The notes beneath the pieces are model-generated. The model was not told where the DNA came from. It did no database searches and saw only the letters and a program-made list of their open reading frames with translations. From a virus (taxonomy: Duplodnaviria; Caudoviricetes): a stretch of DNA of 64,000 bases. A program made the position numbers and the translations under genes. The stretch is from the IMG/VR virus record IMGVR_UViG_3300012344_000386, positions 96,001 to 160,000 of that record; one strand, 5' to 3'. Numbering within the stretch: the stretch's first letter is position 1; each line of letters begins with the position of its first letter. Positions 32,926 through 42,415 of the stretch are shown piece after piece.

Positions 32926-32984
32926 CTGATAACATTAAATAAAATTAAGTAAAATATAGTTTAACATTAATTATATTATAGGTT

Positions 32985-33530
32985 ATGAAATATATTCTAT
33001 CTTTCCTTATTTGTATCTTTATGTATACAAATAGTTTTTCACAAGCAATTAGTGAAAAGAATAAAGTAAAACTTCGTAATAAAGTCGTATCAGAATATAT
33101 AGAAAATGGTGTAACAGGATGTAATGTTTATAAGACATCAAACGGTAATGTTCTTGTTTCCATTATTAAAATTGCAAATAATAGGAATCCTGAATACATT
33201 GATAGAATTGCTAATATGAAGGCAACTCGTTCAGTCGTTGAATTTCTAAAAGGTGCTAGGAACCGTTCTTATTCTGTATATAATGTAGAAGATTCAGAAT
33301 CAAATCTCTATACAGAAAATTCTGATGGAAATAATGATTTGGGTAATTCTGATATAAGTGCATCAACATCAACGAATATGAATGAAAATTCGCATAATTC
33401 AGATAGTTATACGTTTACAGATGAAATAGTTCAATCATCTATTGGTGAAGTTAGGAATCTTTCTATGTTAAAGAAGATAACTGAACGAAATACAAATGTT
33501 TACATTTATTATATTAAGTTAAAAAAGTAA
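32985..33530 (+). CDS. Secreted protein, LPP20-like
   Basis: Signal peptide; RIANMKATRSVVEFLKG..GEVRNL. Confidence 0.65.
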   Translation: MKYILSFLICIFMYTNSFSQAISEKNKVKLRNKVVSEYIENGVTGCNVYKTSNGNVLVSIIKIANNRNPEYIDRIANMKATRSVVEFLKGARNRSYSVYNVEDSESNLYTENSDGNNDLGNSDISASTSTNMNENSHNSDSYTFTDEIVQSSIGEVRNLSMLKKITERNTNVYIYYIKLKK

Positions 33531-33537
33531 ATTCATT

Positions 33538-34479
33538 ATGAGAAGATTTATTATATTTTTATTTCTTTCTATTATAACAATTAGTTGTTTTGGAAATGAT
33601 GTTACTATTGTATCAGAGGGAACTGGTAAGAATAAATCAGAAGCAACAATGTCTGCATTAAGATTTGCATTAACAGAAGCATATGGTACATATATATCAT
33701 CTCGTTCATCTATTGATACAAATGATTTGTTTTCGGATGAAACTGTTATGATTACAAATGGTAATATCAAATCATATAAAGAAATATCATATAATGAATC
33801 TTCTCATACTATTAAGTTAAGTGTTGTCGTATCACTTGATAAACTTAATAATTATGTAGAAAATCATGGTTCATCAGTTTCTATTGATGGTTCTAGATTA
33901 ATTGCTAATAGAGAAATTAAAGCAACGAATAGAGGAAATGCTGATATATCATTTAATCATTTCTTAGAAAAACTTACTGAAACTGCATGTAAAATGTATA
34001 ATTATTCATTAACTGTAGGTGAACCAAAAGTCGAAGGAAATTTTGTATATCTTAATATTTGTATTAAATGTACAGATAACATAGAACAACAGAAAACCTT
34101 TAATAATATATACAATAATTCATTAAGAGATATTTATAAAAAATATGATATGTCTGATGAATATGTAAGGTATCAAGTAAATAATTATCAAGGTATTGTT
34201 AATAAACTTAATGTATTTGGGTTTTATAGTTTTATATTAAAAGATAATTTAGGTAATAAAGTAGAATTTATTTGGTCTGATACTGCATTGAGAGAACATA
34301 CACGTTTGATGTGTTGTGAAAAATATAATAATGGAGCCGGCATTTATTGTAAAAGTTATAATTACTTATGGATGTATAGAAATGGTTCTATTAGAAATGG
34401 TAATAATATAAAGTTTACATTAAAATATAAAATTAATGACTTTAAAATGCTAAAAAATATTGAAGTTTTACCAGATTAA
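33538..34479 (+). CDS. Secreted protein, LPP20/FlgT-N-like
   Basis: Signal peptide; SEGTGKNKSEATMSALRFALTEAYGTYISS..GNIKSY. Confidence 0.7.
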   Translation: MRRFIIFLFLSIITISCFGNDVTIVSEGTGKNKSEATMSALRFALTEAYGTYISSRSSIDTNDLFSDETVMITNGNIKSYKEISYNESSHTIKLSVVVSLDKLNNYVENHGSSVSIDGSRLIANREIKATNRGNADISFNHFLEKLTETACKMYNYSLTVGEPKVEGNFVYLNICIKCTDNIEQQKTFNNIYNNSLRDIYKKYDMSDEYVRYQVNNYQGIVNKLNVFGFYSFILKDNLGNKVEFIWSDTALREHTRLMCCEKYNNGAGIYCKSYNYLWMYRNGSIRNGNNIKFTLKYKINDFKMLKNIEVLPD

Positions 34480-34503
34480 TTTTTTTATTTAAAACAAAAT
34501 GTG

Positions 34504-34511
34504 TATCTTTG
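34504..34511 (+). promoter_or_regulatory. Early promoter TATCTTTG
   Basis: TAnnTTTG. Confidence 0.75.
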
Positions 34512-34558
34512 TATTATAAAAATAACAATTAAAAATAATAATTTAAAATATAAAAATT

Positions 34559-34741
34559 ATGGTTGTAAATAATTTACCAAATAAGTTTAACGAGTATAAA
34601 ACTGAATATCCTTATACTGTTGTAAGAGAATGTCCAGATGGTTATTGGTATTATGGAGTTTACAATAATATTGAATATGCATCTCGTGTTGCAACTAGTA
34701 TAGGTAATGGTCTTGTTGTTGAATCTAAAACAATTGAATAA
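34559..34741 (+). CDS. Hypothetical protein
   Basis: 60 aa, first gene after promoter. Confidence 0.7.
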   Translation: MVVNNLPNKFNEYKTEYPYTVVRECPDGYWYYGVYNNIEYASRVATSIGNGLVVESKTIE

Positions 34742-34743
34742 TT

Positions 34744-35112
34744 ATGGATAATCATATTTTAAGTGACTTAAAAAATAAGTTTATTGAAGAAGAATCCTTT
34801 CGTCTTAAAGAAAAAAAGATAAAAGAATTACAACATTATAAAGAGCATGGTTTTAAATCATGGGAAGAACTTTTATCATATATAAAAACAGGTAAAACTG
34901 TATACAATTATAATGATACATTATCTTGGAATCATAGAACAAATTTGATAAGGTATCATCATCAGACAAGTGATGGTAGTGATTGTAATTTCTGGTATAC
35001 TAACAGTTATTTTACAGAAGAAGAATTTCTTAGTTGGAAACATGATGTTGATAACCGCTATCCAGAGAATGCACGTAATGAATATGGTTATATTAATGAA
35101 TGGGTAAGATAA
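34744..35112 (+). CDS. Hypothetical protein
   Basis: Intact ORF in operon. Confidence 0.7.
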   Translation: MDNHILSDLKNKFIEEESFRLKEKKIKELQHYKEHGFKSWEELLSYIKTGKTVYNYNDTLSWNHRTNLIRYHHQTSDGSDCNFWYTNSYFTEEEFLSWKHDVDNRYPENARNEYGYINEWVR

Positions 35113-35115
35113 GTT

Positions 35116-35466
35116 ATGAGTAAAAATAAAATTTTAACAGTATATATTGCAAGAGATAATAGAACATATAAAAAAGATGATACAGATCATCTAGAACTAT
35201 ATGGAAAATTGCATATATTTTATGATACTCCTATATGGAATTATGATACATGTAAATGGGAGTTAGCCCGTCAAATTGGTGATGAAGTACCTGGATATAT
35301 GTTTCCGAACATTAAAGAAAAAGAATGTCGTAAATTTATCTCTTTTTCTAATGATCATCAAAATCAATTATCTACATTATGTGAAATGTATGTTGCAATG
35401 AATAAAATGAAGCAAGAAAATGATAATAAAGAAAACAAAGAACAAAATAATGTGCAAATGGTATGA
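35116..35466 (+). CDS. Hypothetical protein
   Basis: Intact ORF; VYIARD..G.LHIF pattern. Confidence 0.7.
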   Translation: MSKNKILTVYIARDNRTYKKDDTDHLELYGKLHIFYDTPIWNYDTCKWELARQIGDEVPGYMFPNIKEKECRKFISFSNDHQNQLSTLCEMYVAMNKMKQENDNKENKEQNNVQMV

Positions 35467-35650
35467 TGTATTATCATATTATTTTCAATTAATATTTTAT
35501 TACATTACATTTATTATACCGTTTCCATTTATGTGGTTATATTGTGTATGTATAGATTTTTATCTAAATAAACCTTATGATCCTAGATATGAATATGAAT
35601 TTATACCAGAATATGGTGAAGTAACAGATAATTTTGGAAATGTTTATTAA
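35420..35650 (+). CDS. Small membrane protein
   Basis: Hydrophobic core; start uncertain. Confidence 0.55.
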   Translation: MIIKKTKNKIMCKWYDVLSYYFQLIFYYITFIIPFPFMWLYCVCIDFYLNKPYDPRYEYEFIPEYGEVTDNFGNVY

Positions 35651-35679
35651 AAATATTTTTTATTTATAATAATTATATG

Positions 35680-35687
35680 TATCTTTG
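35680..35687 (+). promoter_or_regulatory. Early promoter TATCTTTG
   Basis: TAnnTTTG. Confidence 0.75.
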
Positions 35688-35720
35688 TATTGTTATTAAA
35701 TTAATTAAAATACAAAGATT

Positions 35721-35936
35721 ATGGCAGATAAAAAATATTATATTGGTTCTGGTAATTATTTTGGTAAATGTGAAGCAAATAATACATTTTATAATGAGAT
35801 GTTACCTTTGTTAAAGAAATTAAAAATTGATGAAACAGATATTGATAAAATAGCAAATATCGTTTCTGAAATTTATAATTCAGCATATAATGATGGGTAT
35901 GATAATGCAGAACATGAAGTCTCTGAATATTATTAA
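35721..35936 (+). CDS. Hypothetical protein
   Basis: 71 aa after promoter. Confidence 0.7.
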   Translation: MADKKYYIGSGNYFGKCEANNTFYNEMLPLLKKLKIDETDIDKIANIVSEIYNSAYNDGYDNAEHEVSEYY

Positions 35937-35950
35937 AATAATAATTAATT

Positions 35951-36307
35951 ATGAATATTATAACATTAACTGAGCTTATTAATACATTAATTAATGGTAA
36001 TGATTATCCATCTGGAATAAATATTACCATCAATAGAAATGAATTAATATATGATAACACATTATCAGTATATAATAATTTATATTATAAGCATCAACAT
36101 ACAGGTGCTTATTTATTTGTACAACATACAGATGATGAGAATTATGTATCAATTCATATTATTCTTCCAAATGAATCACCAAAAACTGACTATTGGAAAC
36201 ATCATTTAGCAGATGATTTTGGAGATAATCCATATGTATGGGATAAACTCGATGATAATTATGAATCAACAGAATTTGATGTAGAATATAAATTCGAAAT
36301 CACTTAA
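35951..36307 (+). CDS. Hypothetical protein
   Basis: ITLTELI..I.I....IYD pattern shared with 4230..4643. Confidence 0.7.
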   Translation: MNIITLTELINTLINGNDYPSGINITINRNELIYDNTLSVYNNLYYKHQHTGAYLFVQHTDDENYVSIHIILPNESPKTDYWKHHLADDFGDNPYVWDKLDDNYESTEFDVEYKFEIT

Positions 36308-36331
36308 ATGAAACAGATTTTAGAAACAATA

Positions 36332-36381
36332 TATGCAAACAAACATTAATTATACACAAAATATTAATGTTTGTTTGCATA
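36332..36381. repeat. Long inverted repeat, terminator-like hairpin
   Basis: TATGCAAACAAACATTAAT/ATTAATGTTTGTTTGCATA. Confidence 0.65.
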
Positions 36382-36396
36382 AAATAATAATTATTT

Positions 36397-37065
36397 TTGA
36401 TGAAAAAGAAAACAAATACAGAATTATTTCATGAATTAGAAGATGAAATAAAAAAATATGATAATAATATTTTAAAAAATTATCCACAATATAAAATACT
36501 TTATTCTTGTAATACTAATTTGAGAGGTATACCTGTAAATGAATGGGAAGTTACATCCATTTCTGTATCATATATAGATGAAAATAGTAGAACTATTTTT
36601 TATCCAAAAATAAAAGATAAATTTCGTTATTCTAAAAAAGATATTGAAATATTACAAGATTATTTTAATAATATTAAAAGAGCAAAATATGAAATTTGGT
36701 ATTATTTATATTCTAAGCAGAAATATGTAGATCTTAAAGGTGAAATTTCATATGGTACTTGTAAATGTGGCATAAAATATACACAAATTAATAATAAAGA
36801 ATATTCACCAAATAAACAAGATTGCTTAAATTATAAGTGCCAATTTGAAAATAAACAACGTGAATTAAAAAAGAAATATTATGAATATAAAAAAGGATAT
36901 ACACCTTGTGATTATTGTATGAAGCAAGTTCCAACAGATAAGTTAGTTCATAAAACAATTATATCACGTGCAAGAATACAAGGTATTATGAAAGTTGTTT
37001 CACAAGAAATGAATTTTTGCTCAGGCGAATGCGCATATTATATGCAATGTTCATTAGAAGGATAA
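36397..37065 (+). CDS. Hypothetical protein with C-terminal Zn-finger-like motif
   Basis: CDYC...FCSGEC. Confidence 0.7.
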   Translation: MMKKKTNTELFHELEDEIKKYDNNILKNYPQYKILYSCNTNLRGIPVNEWEVTSISVSYIDENSRTIFYPKIKDKFRYSKKDIEILQDYFNNIKRAKYEIWYYLYSKQKYVDLKGEISYGTCKCGIKYTQINNKEYSPNKQDCLNYKCQFENKQRELKKKYYEYKKGYTPCDYCMKQVPTDKLVHKTIISRARIQGIMKVVSQEMNFCSGECAYYMQCSLEG

Positions 37066-37082
37066 CATTAATTTTTATTATT

Positions 37083-37382
37083 ATGAAAGATTTATTGGGT
37101 AGAGTAATTAAGATTGGTGATGTTGTCGCTATAGCAGAATCTAAACATGCTGATATAATAGCAGGAGTTGTAACTGGATTTACAAAAATAAAAGTATCAA
37201 TTAATCCATTTTTTGTTTATAATCAATTTAGTGATACTCTTAAAACAATTTGTACATATGACAAAGAAAAAGGTGGGTATCTTCGTGAACCTAATCAAGT
37301 TGTTATAATGAATAAAGAAGACTTCACTATGATGACACAAAATGAATACTATAATATGATTAAGAAAATATCGGAAAATTAA
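37083..37382 (+). CDS. Hypothetical SH3/KOW-like protein
   Basis: MKDLLGRVIKIGDVVA..GVVTGFT; start moved to ATG 37083. Confidence 0.7.
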   Translation: MKDLLGRVIKIGDVVAIAESKHADIIAGVVTGFTKIKVSINPFFVYNQFSDTLKTICTYDKEKGGYLREPNQVVIMNKEDFTMMTQNEYYNMIKKISEN

Positions 37383-37388
37383 TATCAT

Positions 37389-37467
37389 ATTCTCTCTGTA
37401 TCGCATTAAAATATGTTAAGCAATAAACTATAAGGCTTATATAGAAATAATGTGATACAGAGAGAAT
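37389..37467. repeat. Inverted-repeat element, copy 1
   Basis: 20-bp arms (1 mismatch) around a 39-nt spacer containing TAAACTAT. Confidence 0.75.
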
Positions 37468-37511
37468 TTTATTATTTTACATAATTATTTTTTTATTTCA
37501 ATTAAAATATG

Positions 37512-37519
37512 TATCTTTG
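37512..37519 (+). promoter_or_regulatory. Early promoter TATCTTTG
   Basis: TAnnTTTG. Confidence 0.7.
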
Positions 37520-37548
37520 ATTTACAATAACAATTAAAAATTATAATT

Positions 37549-37833
37549 ATGATATACGGATATGTTTCAATATATAATTATATTAAATGTGATATAGATA
37601 CTGATTATCAAGATGAAGCTGTATCAGAAATAAAGAAAGTTCGACTATTTCTTTCAGAAAAAGAAAGAGATGCTTCCGCACAAGCAGAATATATTTCATC
37701 TCGTTATAATAATGATATAGAAAAATTTGCTACAAAATCCAAGCAAGGTAATTTAGTTATTCTTGATAGAAAAGAATATTATAGAATGAAAAAAGAAATT
37801 GAAGAACTTAAAAAACAACTTAATAAAGAATAA
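37549..37833 (+). CDS. Hypothetical protein flanked by the two inverted-repeat elements
   Basis: 94 aa, C-terminal coiled coil. Confidence 0.7.
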   Translation: MIYGYVSIYNYIKCDIDTDYQDEAVSEIKKVRLFLSEKERDASAQAEYISSRYNNDIEKFATKSKQGNLVILDRKEYYRMKKEIEELKKQLNKE

Positions 37834-37898
37834 TATATAGAAAATAGATGAATATAATGTAAACATTGTAATTAATAATAAAAATCTTAAATTTTATA

Positions 37899-37985
37899 TC
37901 ATATTCATCCCACATCGCATTATAATATCAAAGATAGTAAAGTATTAAGGTATAGTAAAAATAACGCGATACGGAGCGAATATGA
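37899..37985. repeat. Inverted-repeat element, copy 2
   Basis: TCATATTC..ATCGCATTA / TAACGCGAT..GAATATGA arms around a 39-nt spacer containing TAAAGTAT. Confidence 0.65.
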
Positions 37986-38008
37986 AGCTAATCAAAAATA
38001 TATAAATT

Positions 38009-38608
38009 ATGGTTAATAATTTTGAACTTATAAAATCAAAACTTCACTTTCGGAATGAACGTTCCTTTTACTTTATTCAGATTCTTAAACGGAAGAAGGA
38101 AAATCCTGAAATGAAAGCATATTCAATTCCTATTGAAAGTTTTTATATTTTCAGTGTTGAACAGTTTGAAAAGATTGAACATCGTATCATCGAACTTTGT
38201 GACATGCATAATGCACGTGCATATATTAAGATGAATTGTTTGGATGCTGAATCTGTAATGCTTGAACAGATTTCTCTTATTACACAGGAAATTCGTAAAG
38301 GGAATTGGAAACATATGAGTAAATCACTTAATTCTGCATGTGGTATATGTGGTAAGCAGGATGGCAATGAAAAATTGTATCTTGTAGATTTAGATAATAT
38401 TGATATTGGTTCTGATGATTATAATGAAATTGTTTCATATATTAACAATGCTCAACCTATTAATGTAACCAATAAAATTTACATGAGTGTTCCTACAAAA
38501 AATGGATGTCATCTTTTAACAACTGGATTTGACATGTCAAAATTTAAACAGACATTTAAATCTATTGATGTTCACAGTGACGGAATTACTTTACTTTATA
38601 TTTCATAA
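38009..38608 (+). CDS. Hypothetical protein, possible AEP/PrimPol-like fold
   Basis: YLVDLD and PTKNGCHLL resemble AEP motifs I and II. Confidence 0.55.
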   Translation: MVNNFELIKSKLHFRNERSFYFIQILKRKKENPEMKAYSIPIESFYIFSVEQFEKIEHRIIELCDMHNARAYIKMNCLDAESVMLEQISLITQEIRKGNWKHMSKSLNSACGICGKQDGNEKLYLVDLDNIDIGSDDYNEIVSYINNAQPINVTNKIYMSVPTKNGCHLLTTGFDMSKFKQTFKSIDVHSDGITLLYIS

Positions 38609-38611
38609 ATT

Positions 38612-40909
38612 ATGGAGAATTATAAAAATTTTAAATCAGAAACTGTAGGTATCCCTGAATTTGATAAAATTAGAAATGAAGGAAGACTTCTTATAGAATA
38701 TGTCAGGGGCTCTACTTCATATGGTCTTTCAACAGAATCTTCAGATATTGATTCAGGTGGAATTTTTATCTGTTCAATTAAAGAACTTCTTGGATATAAT
38801 TCATATAAGGAAGAAGTTGCTGATGCAAAGAATGATAACAAATGGTATGAATTAAATAAATTCATTTCACTCCTTGTAAAAGCAAACCCTAATATTCTTG
38901 AAGCTTTGTTTGTAGATGATAGATTTATTATAGGCGAAATTCATCCTATTATGAAATATCTACGTGAACATAGAGACATGTTTTTAACTAAACAATGTTT
39001 CACTTCATTCTATAAGTATGCAGAATCACAAATTTATAAGGCAAGAGGTCTTAATAAAAAAATTGTAAATCCTATTACAGAACGGAAAACACCCCTTGAT
39101 TTTACATATACATTTAGAAAACAAGGTTCACAAAATATTGTTAATTTTCTAAAGGAATATGGACTACGTATAGAATATTGTGGTTTGTGTAATATTAATC
39201 ACATGCGAAATAATTATCACATGTTTTATGATTGGGGTAGACACCTATATGAACATCCTGAAGATAAGGAAATTCTTATTAATTCAAGATTAGAACTTAA
39301 TTATGATAGAATAAAAAGATTTCCTTCTATTGATGATGAACCTATTATTCATTATAGAGGGTTAACTACTGAAATTGTTTCACATACAACTCAACTTCGT
39401 TTATCTTCTATCGATGATAAAGATGATTTACCTATTTGTCAAATATCATATAATGTAGATGGATTTCAAGATCATTGTAGAAGATATAAGGAATACAAAG
39501 AATGGGAAAAGAATAGAAACCCTGTGAGATATGAATCGAATCTCAATAAAAACTATGATTGTTATTTAAATAATGAAACAGAATTTTTAACAATAAATGG
39601 GTGGAAAAAATATGATGATATATCAAATGATGAATTAATAGCTTCTTTTGATAATAATCATAATATACAATTTGTACCCATTTTAAGCAGATTCTCTGAT
39701 AGTTATTCGGGTATAATATATACATTTGAAAATAGATATACACGTTTTTCTGTCACAGATAACCATAAAATGTATGTTTCACCAATTCATAGAAATATTT
39801 CAACAAATTTCTCTACAAAATATATAAAAGAAAAATCAAATTGGCAATTAATTAAAATTAAAGATTTATTTAATAATAAACGCTCATATTTTCATCAACT
39901 TCGTCATTTAAATAATAATAATAAAGATTATAATATAACAGATGATGAATTAATTATATTAGGCGCATTTTTATCAGAAGGTACTTTTGAATATAATAAA
40001 AAGCATGAAATTAATGCTATACGTATAGGTCAATATGAGCATAAAGATTTTACAAATATTATTAGAAATATAAAAAGTATTAATATTAAAGAATATAAAT
40101 CAAATAGAAATAAAAAAAATGATATAGAAATTTCATGGATAATTAGAGATTCAAATATTCTTAATATTTGTAAACAATGTAATGGATATTATTCTTATGA
40201 AAAAGAATTACCATCATTTTGTAATAAATTATCAAAACGACAAGTTGATATATTATTAAATATTATGATTTTAGGTGATGGTACAAAAAATAAAAATAAA
40301 GGTCATTATGTTTATTATACGTCTTCAAAAAAATTAGCAGATTCATTATATACATTATTAATATGTAATGGATATAATTGTCAATTTTATGGATGTAATG
40401 ATAATTATTTACATAAAAATGGTTATATACGTAAAGATGGTATTATCTTACCAAAATATCAAATTTTTATATCAAAAAATACAGAATCAACTAATGCAAT
40501 TCATTTTAATGAAAATGATAAACATTGGCACATTAAAAATGTAATTAATGAAAGAATTGTATGTTTTGAAAATAAAAATCATACGCTTGTAACTAGAAAT
40601 AATTATAAAGTTGCATTTCATGGAAATTCTAAGAACATGATGCATAGCTTTCGTCTTATTCATATGGCAAAAGAAATTGCATTAGGAAAAGGAATGAAAC
40701 TCTATAGAACTGAAGATCATGATTTTCTTATGAATATTCGAAACCATAAATATGAATATGATGAATTAATTAAATTAGCAGATAAAGAAAAAGAAGAAAT
40801 GTATGAAATTATGAAACATTCTTCTATTCCTGATTCTGTTGATGAAACTAAATTAAATGAAATTCTAATTAATTTACGAATGATGCAAATTAAAGAAGAA
40901 ATGAAATAA
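38612..40909 (+). CDS. Pol-beta-superfamily nucleotidyltransferase (YcgL/RlaP-like) containing an intein
   Basis: RGSTSYGLSTESSDIDSGGIF, ANPNILE; C-extein KNMMHSFRL..IRNHKY. Confidence 0.85.
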   Translation: MENYKNFKSETVGIPEFDKIRNEGRLLIEYVRGSTSYGLSTESSDIDSGGIFICSIKELLGYNSYKEEVADAKNDNKWYELNKFISLLVKANPNILEALFVDDRFIIGEIHPIMKYLREHRDMFLTKQCFTSFYKYAESQIYKARGLNKKIVNPITERKTPLDFTYTFRKQGSQNIVNFLKEYGLRIEYCGLCNINHMRNNYHMFYDWGRHLYEHPEDKEILINSRLELNYDRIKRFPSIDDEPIIHYRGLTTEIVSHTTQLRLSSIDDKDDLPICQISYNVDGFQDHCRRYKEYKEWEKNRNPVRYESNLNKNYDCYLNNETEFLTINGWKKYDDISNDELIASFDNNHNIQFVPILSRFSDSYSGIIYTFENRYTRFSVTDNHKMYVSPIHRNISTNFSTKYIKEKSNWQLIKIKDLFNNKRSYFHQLRHLNNNNKDYNITDDELIILGAFLSEGTFEYNKKHEINAIRIGQYEHKDFTNIIRNIKSINIKEYKSNRNKKNDIEISWIIRDSNILNICKQCNGYYSYEKELPSFCNKLSKRQVDILLNIMILGDGTKNKNKGHYVYYTSSKKLADSLYTLLICNGYNCQFYGCNDNYLHKNGYIRKDGIILPKYQIFISKNTESTNAIHFNENDKHWHIKNVINERIVCFENKNHTLVTRNNYKVAFHGNSKNMMHSFRLIHMAKEIALGKGMKLYRTEDHDFLMNIRNHKYEYDELIKLADKEKEEMYEIMKHSSIPDSVDETKLNEILINLRMMQIKEEMK
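39560..40627 (+). mobile_element. Cis intein (356 aa) with LAGLIDADG-type endonuclease
   Basis: Starts CYLNNETEFLTINGWK, block B VTDNHKM, LGAFLSEG and MILGDG, ends AFHGN/S. Confidence 0.9.
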
Positions 40910-40915
40910 GTATGA

Positions 40916-40952
40916 AAAAAGAGATATGTCTTTGAATGACATATCTCTTTTT
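40916..40952. terminator. Intrinsic terminator
   Basis: AAAAAGAGATATGTC/GACATATCTCTTTTT. Confidence 0.75.
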
Positions 40953-40989
40953 CTATATATAATATTTTCAATATTCTAAAATCTAAAAA

Positions 40990-41560
40990 TTAATTTTCTA
41001 AAAAGAAAGTAACCAAAGAAAAATCATATTTTCATTAATTAATTAAAAATTGATCCTACAATATTTATCTCTATAAAAACTTACCTTCATTTTCAGAAAA
41101 GAAAGTATGCAAAGAAAAGAACCAAAAGAAAATTAATTTTTCAATATTATATAATAATTAATTTTTTAAATAATTTATATATAATATCTATCACATCCTT
41201 AAATACTAACATATTTATTATACTAAGCTTTTCAGAAAAAGTCTACTTTTTAATGAATTATTTTTATAATTTTTAAAAATAATTTATAATTAGCTGATTA
41301 TCAATAATATTTATCATTATAAAAATTTAATATAGTTTTTTTTAGATATAATTAAATATAATTAATAAATATAAAAATTTATTTTTTAAAAAGAAAGTAG
41401 ACAAAGAAAAAGTAATCAAAAAGAAAAGAACCAAAAGAAAATTAATTTTTCAAATTAAATTTAATTTTTCTTTATATATTTCTTTAATATCTTAACCTCT
41501 CAAAATACCAGTATTTATTTTACTTACTTTTGAAGAAAAAGTCTACATTTTTAAGAAATA
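40990..41560. repeat. Extremely AT-rich non-coding region with an imperfect ~300-bp duplication and iteron-like repeats
   Basis: AAAAGAAAGTAnnCAAAGAAAA at 41001, 41097, 41389; identical 33-mer at 41112 and 41421; AGAAAAAGTCTAC at 41234 and 41534. Confidence 0.8.
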
Positions 41561-41594
41561 TTTTTAATAAAAATTGAAAAAAGTTTATAACATT

Positions 41595-42356
41595 ATGATT
41601 AACAAGATATTAACAACAATAAAAAATATTTTTATATGGTTATTTCATAAATTAACATTTAGAGATTATGTTATTATTCTTTTATGTATGATTGCATTAG
41701 GTCTGTATATAAAATCTAATTATTATGAAGATAAATTTATTCAAACACCAATGGTAATTTATGATTCTGATTCATTGGACATATATAAAAATAAAGTAAA
41801 ATCTTTATATGTTGCAAAACAGATATATGTTCAGAATGTAAAAGATTTACAGAAACAAAATTGTGAGTTATCTAATGAAGTAAAAAATTTAAAAGATAAT
41901 CCATTAGTAGTAACGAAGACAGAAACAAAAGTACGTATACAAAAAGTATATGCTAAATCAGATACAATAATTAATGGTGATTCTATTTATAATTTGCAAT
42001 GGCATATAGATGAACCAAAAGGTTATTATACTGTTAATGGTGTTACTGATGTAAGAAAAGATTTTTCTGATTTTACTACACGATTAGATTCATTTAAATT
42101 AGACGCTAATTTAACATTAGATATTATAGAAGATAAGAAGGGAATTCGATTAATAGGAAAAACTGATAATCCATATATTTCAATTTCTAATATGGATGGA
42201 GTTATGTTTGATCCTACAAAATCTAAATATTTGAAAAAATATTATAAGCAGAAGAAATGGTCTATAGGACCAACAGTAGGATATGGTTTAAGTAAAGATT
42301 TAAAGTTGACACCTTATGTTGGTATAGGAGTTTCATATGGGATTATTCAATTCTAA
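41595..42356 (+). CDS. Membrane-anchored protein with C-terminal beta-strands (possible spanin-like lysis protein)
   Basis: N-terminal TM, coiled coil, ends KKWSIGPTVGYG..PYVGIGVSYGIIQF. Confidence 0.65.
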   Translation: MINKILTTIKNIFIWLFHKLTFRDYVIILLCMIALGLYIKSNYYEDKFIQTPMVIYDSDSLDIYKNKVKSLYVAKQIYVQNVKDLQKQNCELSNEVKNLKDNPLVVTKTETKVRIQKVYAKSDTIINGDSIYNLQWHIDEPKGYYTVNGVTDVRKDFSDFTTRLDSFKLDANLTLDIIEDKKGIRLIGKTDNPYISISNMDGVMFDPTKSKYLKKYYKQKKWSIGPTVGYGLSKDLKLTPYVGIGVSYGIIQF

Positions 42357-42415
42357 AAAAGTGATATGATGAAATATTCATAATAAATACATTAACAATT
42401 AAGTAGTAAAGAAAG

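Noticed and set aside
40990-41560. CRISPR array
   Set aside because: Repeats are few, irregularly spaced and nested, with no uniform spacers or cas genes.
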